A stretch of 63,635 nucleotides of DNA, counting the filler, from Licmophora abbreviata (lineage: Eukaryota), in assembly GCA_900291995.1 (NCBI GenBank). It is 17 parts of 17 records of this genome, joined end to end, with 100 filler letters (N's around TTAATTAATTAA, not from the genome) between each part and the next. Parts side by side here need not be neighbours in the genome. Positions count along the whole stretch, not along the records: positions 1 to 12,193 come from OLMU01004684.1; 16 more parts are not named here. One strand, 5' to 3'. This document shows, piece after piece, positions 1-10,567 of the stretch (the first letter of the stretch is position 1; the number at the start of each line of letters is the position of its first letter). The notes under the pieces were generated by a model. The model worked only from the letters and a program-made list of their open reading frames with translations. It did no database searches and had not been told where the DNA came from. Position numbers and translations under genes: made by a program.

Positions 1-1507
1 CGAAGGTCATCGACAGGACGTGATGGTATGGAAGCATCGTTGAAATCGGAAAATGAACCGAAATCATCATCTGTGTCGTCAGCCACCGCTTCTGGTAGCT
101 CGTCTACTGAGTCGCCCTCCACTTCGTCTGAGTTGTCTTTGTCGATTTCTGAAGTTGGTTCAACATTCGCAACGTCTTCAAAGTCGTCCTCCTTGTGGTC
201 AGCTGCCGTCTCTGGTAGCACCGCTGCAGAATCGCCCTTCCCTTCGTCTGATGCTTCTTTGCCAACTTCTGCATTCGGTTCTGCCTGCACAAAGTCTTCC
301 GTCTTCTTGCCGCCGTCGAGTTCAGGATCGACGTCAAATCCAACATCCGCGTCGTCGTCAGGGCGCATTGTTGCTTCCGCGACCTCCCCAGAGACCTCTT
401 GACCTTCACGATCATCGATTTCCACTTCGTTCTCTTGCTGGAAAGAAGTCGGCAATCCAAAGTCGGCATTGGGTTCAGACGCTCGTCTGCGCATGGGTGC
501 AGGAATGGACGCATCAATCATCCCTGATTCGTCACATTCGGCTCCCGCAATCTTATCCAGCTGTACATCCTCCTCCACCGGAAGCGTCGCTTCGATAATC
601 CCATCTTTTGTAGCATGCTCCATAGCGTCGCCGAGAAACGTATCAGGTTCCGCTTCAGTACCGAGACAAAAAGCGGATGGTGTTTCCGCGCCAGCTTCAA
701 TTTCATTGCCAGAGGTAAGTGAAGTCAACACTTGGTTGTCCGCCTCGTTGTTTTCGTGCGTTTCTTCATTGCCCCCTTTCTTTTCTTCGCGAGTCATATC
801 TGTAGATGACAATGCGGCCGCTGCCTCCTCTCTGTGCACCTCTTCGTCCACAGAGGCAAACGTGCCGAAGTCATGATTATCATATTCAGTCGTTACCAGG
901 ACTCCGTCTGCAACGACGGCACTCCCACCATTGTCTGAGGATGCTTGCGGATCAACGATATCAATGAGATCGACTAATTCATCACTCCTTTCCGGTTGCT
1001 CCGTCATATGGACCTTCGCATCGGTACTCATTGAAGGTCTCGTCTCGAAGTCTTGGAATTCATTGTTGTCGTCGCCACCAGCGTCAGGCATTTCAAGATC
1101 AGCAGAATTCGTCGTCTCCCAATCAGTTTTCGTTGCAAGCTCTGGATACTTAACCCCGCTCTCTGTTTTATCCGACGGTTCAAAGAAATCGGTACACGAT
1201 TGATTCGCGGTGTCGGCTTGACGAGGATAATCCTCTTTGCCGGTATCAACTCGCTGCTCCTCGGCTGCTGTCAAAGAGGATTCTTCGGAACGCAGAGGAG
1301 TCGCAGCAGCAATTGATCAGCTGATTCCATACCGTTCGATTCTGTCGATAGAGTTTCGTCCGTCTTTGGGCTCAGGAAACCCGAAGGGCCAGCGTCGGTC
1401 CAGGGAGGAGCATGGTCTTCAGCGCCATTCATCATCGCTTCTTCAGGCTTATCGACGGTCATTTCAGTATGCAATATTTCATTTCTTGAATCCTTTGGAC
1501 TCTCCAT
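1..1507 (-). CDS. Acidic low-complexity eukaryotic protein with DFGxF motifs; 3' end runs off the window; one frameshift near 1314
   Basis: ATG at 1507 (MESPKDS...ESADQ), then a second D/E-rich frame starting at 1316 in which I found no stop down to base 1. DFGTF at 872-858 and DDDFGSF at 71-51. The Ser-rich + strand ORFs are its antisense shadow. Confidence 0.6.
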
Positions 1508-1991
1508 GGTTTTGCAGATGTCCACGGTGAACAAGCTGTGCGGTGACGGAGAAACGACAATGACAGCCGCACGATAGGATCGCCATTGTCTTGGTCATCT
1601 AGTCCTCGTCGCTCGCTGGAGTGCGATGCGCGCATTTGTCGCGCGTCTTTCTGTCAGCTCACAGCATCGGAGCGACGTAACATTACCAGGGGAACCCGCC
1701 ATCCACTTCGATCTACGTTCTAATGGTGGATGATGCCGGTATATCTGTGGCTGTGGAAGTCACCAATTGCAATGAAATCGGAGAGATATAAGTCGCCATC
1801 TATTTGTATTATGGTCTTGTTCTTCGACGAGTACTCCCATCCGCTCTCGAGACCTTTCTTCAACACACCTAGATTGCCAGTCGCATTGCCTTTACCTAGA
1901 GTATATGCTGCTACGATCACACTACGTACTTGGAACTTGCAAGTGACCTACTTTCGATCGCTACAATCGCTACTGATCTCGTCTATTCGTA

Positions 1992-2465
1992 CTAGCGGTA
2001 ACGGAACGTGATTCTTCCCCGAGTCAGATCATACGGACTGAGCTCTATCGTCACCTTGTCTCCCACTAGAATCTTGACAAAGTTTTTCCGGATACGCCCA
2101 CTGATAGTAGCGAGAACAGGTTCCTGTGTATCCGATGCTCCATCAATTACACAGCGGAACATGGCGTTCGGTAGACTCTCCAGAACCGTCGCTTCTACCT
2201 CGATGACATCGTCCTTCTGTTTCTTCACACGCTCCTTCTTATTCTTGCGGTCGTTTCCTTGCGCTCGTGCCGCCTTCTTTCCAAACAGAGCCGACGACAA
2301 TGTGCTGTATTGAATAGATGTATCGACCAAGCTGGACAACGGAAGGTCTTGCGTAGTCTGTACCACGTGACCTGTTCGCGGATACACAGAGAATGCCGCA
2401 GATTTTCGTAGCAAAGCTGAGCAGATCATGAACATGAAAACGACGAGAGGTCGAACCGATATCAT
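1992..2465 (-). CDS. infA: Translation initiation factor IF-1, nuclear-encoded, plastid-targeted
   Basis: S1/IF-1 domain ([20 protein letters not shown]...[37 protein letters not shown]). It follows a hydrophobic signal peptide, an SAA-FSV cleavage motif (ASAFAP type) and a S/T-rich transit peptide. Confidence 0.92.
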   Translation of the reverse strand: MISVRPLVVFMFMICSALLRKSAAFSVYPRTGHVVQTTQDLPLSSLVDTSIQYSTLSSALFGKKAARAQGNDRKNKKERVKKQKDDVIEVEATVLESLPNAMFRCVIDGASDTQEPVLATISGRIRKNFVKILVGDKVTIELSPYDLTRGRITFRYR

Positions 2466-2811
2466 GATGAAGAGCACTTGGAACGAGCGGTCTCGTTTGC
2501 TTCCTCCAAGGCGTCGACGCGAAAAGTGGAAGACCGCTGATGGCCTCTCCCACAGAACAAAAATGGACCGCCATGAGCAGATCGAAGATTGCGTGGTTGG
2601 ATGACAGACGACTTTGATGATGATGACGTACGTGCGAGGCCTACGTAGAAGCACTACTGCATCAACGTACGAAGGTGTCTACGGTGTTCAACGAGGTGCC
2701 GCTTTTGAGTTTTGAAGTTTTCCCGCCAAAACTATCTCGCGTGATGATGACCACGACGATGCGGTTTGCCATGGCAGAGTTGAACAAGAAGTTGAGTCGA
2801 CCGGCCGTCCC

Positions 2812-3591
2812 ATGTGGCTGCCAATACTTTTGTGTGCGCTTAGAGTCGACCGTTGCGCCGAAGCATTCTCCCTACTTCTGAGAAGTCAGCAGTCACGGAA
2901 GCACGCCCTTTCATCGAGACTCGCTAATGATGCCACCACCAACAAAGAAGGCCCGACAGAGTTGCCAGAGCCATCGCCCGATAGAACGTTCGGGAGGCAG
3001 CAGTACTGGGAAGATGCATATCGGAATGCAGGCGGCGACTCCTTCTCATGGTACAGTGGGTGGGAGGATCTGGCTCCCTTCGTACGGGAGCTCATACCGG
3101 ATATGTCGTCACACGTCCTCATTCCTGGAATAGGAAACGACGCGGCCATTGTCGACATGTATGATGCTGGGTACAACAATATGACTGCGTTTGATTACGC
3201 TCCAGAGGGTATCAACTGCGCTCGGAGACTGCTTGGCGGTCGTGATGTCGAGCTCCTGGTATCCGATGCTCGTAACCTGCCGTTGCCAAATGATACCTAC
3301 GATGCGGTACTCGACAAGGGAACGCTCGACGCCATCTATCTTTCGGGGGGGATCGACAAGACTCTTTCGGCTACACATCTTGAAATGGCTGTGTCGGAAC
3401 TAGCTCGTGTATTGCGTTCAGGGGGGACTGTTATTTCGGTATCCGCCGCGTGCGCTGAGGCAGTGGAATCAACTTTCAACAAGGCGCCAAAGCTTTGGGC
3501 ACAGGTTCGAGATGGTAGCACCTATCTCACTGAGGATGGCTATGCAAGCAATAGTGTTGATGGGTCACTGTTTGCATGGAGGCGAAGATAG
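2812..3591 (+). CDS. Class I SAM-dependent methyltransferase, EEF1AKMT4/METTL13-N-like, probably plastid-targeted
   Basis: YWEDAY, FSWY, VLIPGIGN (motif I), DARNLP and VLDKGTLDAI motifs; signal peptide ending in AEA-FSL. Confidence 0.8.
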   Translation: MWLPILLCALRVDRCAEAFSLLLRSQQSRKHALSSRLANDATTNKEGPTELPEPSPDRTFGRQQYWEDAYRNAGGDSFSWYSGWEDLAPFVRELIPDMSSHVLIPGIGNDAAIVDMYDAGYNNMTAFDYAPEGINCARRLLGGRDVELLVSDARNLPLPNDTYDAVLDKGTLDAIYLSGGIDKTLSATHLEMAVSELARVLRSGGTVISVSAACAEAVESTFNKAPKLWAQVRDGSTYLTEDGYASNSVDGSLFAWRRR

Positions 3592-4176
3592 ATTGAACGC
3601 TAAAGCCAATAGACGAGAGAAGTGTAAAATCACGAACGGTTTATAGGCGTGAACGTATAAATCCTTCGACAGTACTAGCAACGGGGGACTGCCGTGGTGC
3701 AGAAAGCTGGTTGACCGCATCAAAGAATTGAAAACCAGCACGCGCTATCCAGTCAGCCTCCGTAGTCGATGGCTCCCCGGCTACTGCGGGTTGGTGCTGC
3801 GAACGTTTCGTTTCGATCCGCTCCGCACCTCTTAGTCCGGGCCGGTTAACGTGAACGACCCGCCAGTTTGGATTGACCTGAACGATAGCAATTTCCGATG
3901 CAATGCTTCCAAATCGTAGTAGTAGCAATGGAACATGTCTTTCATTGCTTGCTTGACGGCGACCGACGTCACTGCTCATTCGTTCCTCGTTTAAAAGCAG
4001 CAGCACCGCTCTTGGTTGCCTCGGTCGATGATCTAAGTCCATACCGTCGTCGTCTGCGGCAAGCAACCGAAGTACACAATCCGAGCAACCAAAATCACCA
4101 AAAAGAAACAGTGGTGCGTCTCCGTGCAGTCTAGAGGTAACATGCCAAATAACAAACCTGCAGAACGTTGAAGCGA

Positions 4177-4659
4177 TCATGAGCAACACCCCAAAGTGGA
4201 GACATGTCTACGAGCTGTCAGTGATGGTGCGCAAGAAGTATGGACTGACCTTAGTGAAGAGAGTGCCGCTGACTGGTGGTCTCCTTCCCCCAAAGCAAGA
4301 ACTACCATCGCCCACCCTTGATTCCTGAAAGAAGCGAGGATAGATGTGGCGACGGGCATAGCAGGCTTGCTTGACTTGGATATGAACAACACGGTAGGCG
4401 AGAGGATCGATTTCCGTTTAATACCAGGCTCGTCTTCATCAATTGCATAGTCAGGAGTGAGGTACCAATCTAATTCCACACATTTCCTGTCCACTGAGCT
4501 AATCAGGCGCTCTCGAAGATGCACCGACGTCCTCTCAGCGTATCGATTCCGATCTTTTCTGACGTGTGTGAGTAGAACAGCAGACATGAGAGAGTTCAAC
4601 GTGTCGTTGTACTCAGTTCGCTGCCCATAATGTCGGCAAACACCGTCGTGAAAAAACAT
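4177..4659 (-). CDS. Fragment of a degenerate or multi-exon gene, weakly like ABHD1-3/YheT alpha/beta hydrolases
   Basis: RERLISSVDRKCVELDW...PTVLFI...GWAMVV recalls the ABHD N-terminal pattern. The flanking frames (about 3640-5280) do not join cleanly. Confidence 0.3.
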   Translation of the reverse strand: MFFHDGVCRHYGQRTEYNDTLNSLMSAVLLTHVRKDRNRYAERTSVHLRERLISSVDRKCVELDWYLTPDYAIDEDEPGIKRKSILSPTVLFISKSSKPAMPVATSILASFRNQGWAMVVLALGEGDHQSAALSSLRSVHTSCAPSLTARRHVSTLGCCS

Positions 4660-5397
4660 TGTCCTCTTCCGGGCAAGTTGTTTCCTGGACGAGCAAGTCT
4701 AGAGATACACGCGCTCCTGTTTCTGCAATATAATACACGTTCAAGACTGTGAAGCCAACGTAGTTGTCACGCCACACAATCGAGCCAGCTTCCCTAGCGC
4801 AGTGCTGCGGCGCCGCTGCACTTTTGTGGATCGTACAAGAGCTGCGAAGTGTTAACGTAGAGCGCTGCTACGGCTCCTTCTTTCACGGCCATCCCTTTTC
4901 GAAGAATAGAGTGCGCCAACTTCACTCTCTCGTCAGTCTCGTCATTGTCGGAACTCTCTTCAACGACCAAACATCACGGCGCGAGTCTGAGTCGCCGACG
5001 TGTCGTCTTCGACATCAGCGAGCTCGAGGCGAAATTGTACCTCGAACCAAGTTTTTGAACACGCTTTCGGTTCTGGACGACGGTAGGTACCTACCGGTGC
5101 CGGTATGAGAATACGCAATGCAAGACCTCCAGGACTTCGCAACGAGCCCAAGCTCGTGTCATTTTGGTTTCTCATACCCAAGATGGCAGGACGATCGTCT
5201 TCTGAGACGACGACGACGTGCAGCGATAGCAACCAACGTCACGAACGGCGATCTGTGACACTTGCCGCTTCCATACACATTAGGGGCGTAATATATCGAG
5301 AGACACGCGAGACAGTCGCATATCTTTGCCATTATCTTACTTACAAAATCAGCCTACTTGCTGCTAAGTTCTAGTCGCACTTATTCAGCATGTCATC

Positions 5398-7998
5398 TCA
5401 CGACCGAGCAGTCCATAGCCAGGCTAGAACAGAGATGAATAGAAGGTTTCGGTAGTCGGCCAGAAAGCGAAGGTTGAAGCGCAGCCAGCCCTTCGAACAA
5501 GTTTGACTCGCCACCAGTATCCCATCCATGCGAGACGCGTTGTCCAATGGGCGAAGTGTATCGACAGGGGTCGGCTCATCTGCGCGCACTTCCGTTAGAC
5601 CAAGCCGGAGGTTCAGATAGTTCGACGCTTTGATTGTTAGGGGGACCAGTTGCGAAATCTCGTATGAATGGGGGCGCATGGACATCCTGTCGCCAACATA
5701 GACAACATCGACGGGACTGCATCGAACAATTCCACCAGTGAGTTCGCCACGCCCCTTTTCGGTAAGCAGCCCGTCAAGTTCACGTTCGGGTTGAAAGTCG
5801 CCCTTCGCGAAGGCGACCTTCTCACGCGAAACAGTCTTCTTGTCTGTGGGCATAACTACATAGTCAGTGGGGAAGTCAACAATCACTCTTGCCTTCTCGA
5901 CAACAGCCCGCATCTCTTTCTCTTCGCTTGTAGTTACTTCACCGACGCCCAAATACGCGCCCAGGCGGTCGAAGACGTCAAGATCACGCATCGCTTTGTA
6001 GTGCTGTGAATACATTTCTTCCAACAAGTTGTGCATGTCGGATCGACATGAGGCGAGAGAGAGACGTCCCATCAACGATGGAGAAAATTCACCAATGATG
6101 CGGTCGTGGTTAGAGACGAGGCCCGCGAACCTGTTTGTTGGGTCATTCAAGAGGCCGTTGATCGATTGTACGACGTCGGGGGAGAAGACTCGCAGCACCC
6201 GCTGGACTACTTCGAGTGACCGGCGAAAGAATCTCGGTGAAAAGTCCAGTTCGCGTGCGCGACGGAGAAAGATAGCAAGAGGGACCGTGTACAAGTGGAG
6301 GTTTGCGGCGATGTACGGCTCCCACTTCTTCGTGTACCGGCTTCGAGATTGAGCCTTTGGGCGAGTGATAATAGGAGTTACCGCTTCGGACGACTGACTC
6401 CGTGGACTGCTGGACACTTTACTGGCAATAGCATTTTTCGCTTTCGCCACTGCATTCTTGTCTGTAGTGAAATTTAGATAATAGGACGAGCGTGAGAATA
6501 GTACACACAATATGACAAATATTAGAGGACAAAACTTACACATTTCGACATTCCAAGGCTCCATCCAGACAAGCCACGCTTCTAGCGCGGCATGAAACGG
6601 GGAGGACGCAGTATGGATCGACGCGTATCGGAAGGTGGTCCGGAGAAAGTTATAGAAGGGCAACTGTAGCATGGTCATACACGGACTGAGACACGATGTG
6701 AGCGCATGCATACGACTCGGTCCAGTTAAGCCGACTTCGTAGGCTTCAGAAACAGCGCGACCTGTCCCAGGGTCCTTCACGACGTGGTTCAGCAAGCTTC
6801 GTAGACACTTCACAACCGGCGCCGGGGGAGGATCATACTTGACAGCAACCAAGTCATATGACTTGTTCAGGTCAAGCGTAATATCGTTGGTGGCGCCCGA
6901 CCGCTGGCTTCTTTGGCGAATCGGCTCGATCGCCATTGCAATCGTAGGAACTACCATCGCTCCATCCATCCAGAGCTCAATGACAATGCGAAGAAAGAGT
7001 TCTTGCTCATGAGTCAGGCTTTGAAATCCAATGAAAGTTCCGCGGGCATCAGCCAGTGGGAGGAAGTGCCGAAGGTATGAACGAAACAGATACACATAGA
7101 CTTGGTCCCCGTACGGCTCAGATCTCCGTCGATAGTGATTGATGCCCTGAGATCTGCTCATACCTGGACTGCTAGAGGCACTCTGCGTCTGCATTGGAGG
7201 TGGGGTCAACGCGTAGTGAACAAACGTGAACAGGAAGCTCTCTAGCATCGTGAGCGAGAGTTGAGGATGCACTGTGTCGTCCCTCTTATCGGTCGACATC
7301 TTGGCTCTCGGCGACAAGGCGAGTCCAGGACTGAGCGTGAGAGGACGTTTCGTTTCCATTCGCTGGACTCGCTGTATCTGGTACGCCTTTAAGCTCTTTT
7401 GGTCTCTCGGATGAACTCGCAACAGCACTTCTGCTAGCCGAACTGCATTCCCCCTAAGCAACTTCTCCGTTGGCTTTCCCGACATGGCAACCTGAAGAAG
7501 CTCCAGAAAGACGTCTTGTGTCGGTTTAGGAAGCGCTTGGAAAGGAAATGGGAATCGCACCGTCGGTCGGTTTTCGTCTTCCGCAGAGATGGCGTCAATC
7601 AGCGTTGGGAGCGTGCCGGACTTGTGGTTTGACCGTTCATTGCCTGAAAGGAGCTCGACCACAGGATCCTTCTCTATTGATGAGCTAGACTTGGAGGACA
7701 AAGGTCTAGAGACAGTCCCACGACTGCTTGCCGCTGTCAAAGAGGAAGAAGGCGATGAACTGCTCGGTCTCTCCCACCTGTCCTGTCGAGCCAACCAGCC
7801 ACCGATCTCATGATGAAAATTTTCCTTTGGGCCCGATATCTTTCCGAAAACGCGGTCGGAGAGAAGCGCAAAAAGACGGAGGAATCGAGCTTCTGCGCTG
7901 GATCCTCCTGCTGGTAGCTGGTAGCGAATGAATGTGAGCAATGCCAGCGCTGCTTCCGCCGGTGGGAAGGTAGCAGACGTCAAGGCTTCCTCCAGCAT
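5398..7998 (-). CDS. Sphingomyelin phosphodiesterase 4 (SMPD4/nSMase3)-like protein with one intron
   Basis: LEAWLVWMEPW, KWEPYIAANLHLYT, RPHSYEISQLV and RFNLRFLADYR, plus a C-terminal hydrophobic anchor, match the SMPD4 family pattern. Confidence 0.75.
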   Translation of the reverse strand: MLEEALTSATFPPAEAALALLTFIRYQLPAGGSSAEARFLRLFALLSDRVFGKISGPKENFHHEIGGWLARQDRWERPSSSSPSSSLTAASSRGTVSRPLSSKSSSSIEKDPVVELLSGNERSNHKSGTLPTLIDAISAEDENRPTVRFPFPFQALPKPTQDVFLELLQVAMSGKPTEKLLRGNAVRLAEVLLRVHPRDQKSLKAYQIQRVQRMETKRPLTLSPGLALSPRAKMSTDKRDDTVHPQLSLTMLESFLFTFVHYALTPPPMQTQSASSSPGMSRSQGINHYRRRSEPYGDQVYVYLFRSYLRHFLPLADARGTFIGFQSLTHEQELFLRIVIELWMDGAMVVPTIAMAIEPIRQRSQRSGATNDITLDLNKSYDLVAVKYDPPPAPVVKCLRSLLNHVVKDPGTGRAVSEAYEVGLTGPSRMHALTSCLSPCMTMLQLPFYNFLRTTFRYASIHTASSPFHAALEAWLVWMEPWNVEMCKFCPLIFVILCVLFSRSSYYLNFTTDKNAVAKAKNAIASKVSSSPRSQSSEAVTPIITRPKAQSRSRYTKKWEPYIAANLHLYTVPLAIFLRRARELDFSPRFFRRSLEVVQRVLRVFSPDVVQSINGLLNDPTNRFAGLVSNHDRIIGEFSPSLMGRLSLASCRSDMHNLLEEMYSQHYKAMRDLDVFDRLGAYLGVGEVTTSEEKEMRAVVEKARVIVDFPTDYVVMPTDKKTVSREKVAFAKGDFQPERELDGLLTEKGRGELTGGIVRCSPVDVVYVGDRMSMRPHSYEISQLVPLTIKASNYLNLRLGLTEVRADEPTPVDTLRPLDNASRMDGILVASQTCSKGWLRFNLRFLADYRNLLFISVLAWLWTARS
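6462..6539 (-). other. Spliceosomal intron, 78 nt, in frame and stop-free
   Basis: GTAAGT donor at 6539, AT-rich body with a CTCAC branch-like motif, CTACAG acceptor ending at 6462. The spliced junction reads M-Y-K-N. Confidence 0.8.
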
Positions 7999-8343
7999 GG
8001 TAGTGCTGTCTATGGTATGCTTGCGCGACCTTGGATGAACTTCGCCTCACAAAAGGATGTGTTGTGTGGTCTTGAAGGAGAGCGCGTCGCGGTTGAGACG
8101 TTGTCGAGAAGACTGAGTGTGATGGGATTGTCACGAAGATTTTTGTGTGAGCGGCGCCGAGATGAGAGAGCGACTAGATCAAAGGAGCTCGCATCATTTT
8201 CAATATGACCTCGAGCTCGTTGGTCGACTGTGGAAGAGTTCAGATCGGCTATGGGATGGCTATCATTAGGGCTTTGGTTAGGCAGACTAAGAAGCTAATC
8301 TTCATTGGGTGCTATAACATGGCGATTGCAGTACTTTAATTCC

Positions 8344-9801
8344 TTATCTGCGAAAGAAGCGACGAGTCTTTTTCCCTTTCTTGGAAGACTTGGTGCCGGA
8401 TGATGATCCCGTGCCAAATATCTGGGCGTTGCTCAGTTCTTGATCCTGCGAGAACTGTTGCCGCATTCGTAGATTGGCTGTCAAATCATCAATCTGCTGT
8501 TCAAGCTCCTCTATCTGTCTCACTCCTTCGGCGTTTTCCCGAGAGGCTTCCTCGCGAATCTTGTCCAGCAAATCTATCGCCACGTTCTGTTCGCGAAGTA
8601 AGCGCTGCGACGCTGTCCGATACATTGCCTCTTGTCCTTGGGCATCGAGGAGCTGACGACCCAGGCGATCAATCTCTCCACGGTAGCGTCCAATATCCAC
8701 CTTTAGATTCTCGACTTCGTGTGATTCTTCCTCGCTCATTTGATTCCGATCCACGTTCTCTGCCGTTAGGGCAGCACGTAGACGAGTCAACTCGCCATCG
8801 TAGTGTTGTGCCTGATCTTCCAGCGCGCTTTGTAGTAGCGCCTCGTACTCTTCCCCTATCATGTTTGCTTTCTTTGGGGACGCTCCATCCAGTGTGACGG
8901 GATAAGGGTTCACACGAGGGGCCATCTGCGTGGATGCGTCGTGACCTCCAGGATGAACGAGAGCACCCTCCACGGGCTTCCGACCTGCAGCATTCGGATG
9001 AACGTGAAGACGTTGCATTGCCGGACACTCCAGGAAGTCGGAACGATGAGCAAATTCACTATTGGTATAGTCCCATATGCGGAACGTAGCCAGTTCCAGC
9101 GAATAGGGATGGCCGCTTTCTTGAAAGTGCTCTGCCGCGTGCCGATGAGAATAACGCCCACAACCCACAAACCCGCAAGTAAGGCACACCCAGAGCGTTT
9201 CTTGCATGGCACAACGATTACAAAATTTATCACCAGACTCATCGTGAGCAAAACGAGAGGCGACGCCGTCACCGCTACTCATCGTGTTGACATTCGGGTC
9301 GTACCAGCGACTGTGAATGACTTTGCAAGCAGCGCAGTTAGACGGCGGTGGCCAGGGAGAAAGAAAGCGATGGTTACGACAGAGACCAGGGGCGTGTCCT
9401 ATTTCTCTCATACATGTTCTCGAACACAATTGGCGCTCTTGTGGCTTGGGCAGTCCAAGCCGCTGCTGGTCGACGCGATGGAGACAAACAGGACATGCCG
9501 GGATACAAAAACGTCCTTGTCGAGATGCCGTGCTGGCTTCCTTGTCAGTGTGAAACTTAATATTGGAAATTGGGATCAGCTTCAGCACCATGTCCGGCTG
9601 CGAGGCTATGCTTTCGCCATTCAGTGTGGACAGAATACGACTTGTCCAGGTAGTAGGAGCCGCGGACACGTCAACGAGCACAATGTCCGACCGCCGATTC
9701 TCGACAACGCTTCGGCACAAAGATACAATTCCCAGTATTCTGCCGTGCTCACATAATACCGAATGGATACGTTGAAGCCATGATACACCGGGGGAATTCA
9801 C
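8344..9801 (-). CDS. BRAP2/ETP1-like protein (RING-like + zf-UBP + coiled coil); the true start is probably further upstream
   Basis: CPVCLHR, then CNRC...LWVCLTCGFVGCGRYSHRHAAEHFQESGHPYSLEL...RIWDY (zf-UBP), then an EYEALLQSALEDQ coiled coil. Confidence 0.8.
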   Translation of the reverse strand: MNSPGVSWLQRIHSVLCEHGRILGIVSLCRSVVENRRSDIVLVDVSAAPTTWTSRILSTLNGESIASQPDMVLKLIPISNIKFHTDKEASTASRQGRFCIPACPVCLHRVDQQRLGLPKPQERQLCSRTCMREIGHAPGLCRNHRFLSPWPPPSNCAACKVIHSRWYDPNVNTMSSGDGVASRFAHDESGDKFCNRCAMQETLWVCLTCGFVGCGRYSHRHAAEHFQESGHPYSLELATFRIWDYTNSEFAHRSDFLECPAMQRLHVHPNAAGRKPVEGALVHPGGHDASTQMAPRVNPYPVTLDGASPKKANMIGEEYEALLQSALEDQAQHYDGELTRLRAALTAENVDRNQMSEEESHEVENLKVDIGRYRGEIDRLGRQLLDAQGQEAMYRTASQRLLREQNVAIDLLDKIREEASRENAEGVRQIEELEQQIDDLTANLRMRQQFSQDQELSNAQIFGTGSSSGTKSSKKGKKTRRFFRR

Positions 9802-10567
9802 CCAGACGGTATTTCTGCATTGAGTCTCAGTCTGCTTCCTCGCGAAAGCAGAAGCATGCTGTCAACGACGGAGGGATAAAGACTGCAAGCGTAGTGGGGT
9901 GTGTTTCCCTTTCAGATGGCGATGCGTGCTCCATCGATAGGACAAGGGAGGAAGCAGTGGTCAGAAAAGCAGCGTCGTCCGTATCCTTACACGAAACTGC
10001 GTTCTGTAGCTCTGTAGCCCAGCTGCAGCTTGTTGAGCGGGAATCGACGCCGCCGCCATTGCCTTCGTAGCATCGAATCGTAATGTCCAGTGAGAGCGAG
10101 GACATGCTGATCCTCTACAAATACATGTCTTCCTGGTACAGAGAAAGGGTACGACGGAAACGCCGAAGAAAGAAACGAGCGAGCATCCTACTATTTCGGC
10201 AGCCGCCGCGAATCTCATTGTGTGTTCACTCATCACGGCCTGCAAACGTGAGAAGGAAGGAGCGCGTCGAGCTAAATATCTCGTGAGCTCGAAGCTCGTC
10301 CATCGTGGGTAATGTTGTCATGTTTCGTGTAACCCTGCATCGCGGGTCCGAATGCCGACGAGCCCGCCAACCTCTACCCTCGTCGTCGATCGCACTTCGC
10401 TTCGCGGGACCGTTGGTGCCGTCAACTTAGTCGATAGCATGCCCATAAAAATAAAACAATAGTGGGGGACAATCCCGGCGAGCCTTACGACAAGGGCTGT
10501 TAAAGCGACGTTGTCTATCTTATCTCTCCATGCTCTCTAGTAGAGAGTGGAGTACCAGTCGGTACTA

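Noticed and set aside
28..1203. Ser-rich + strand ORFs as silaffin- or mucin-like proteins
   Set aside because: They are the expected antisense reading of the Asp/Glu-rich minus-strand gene.
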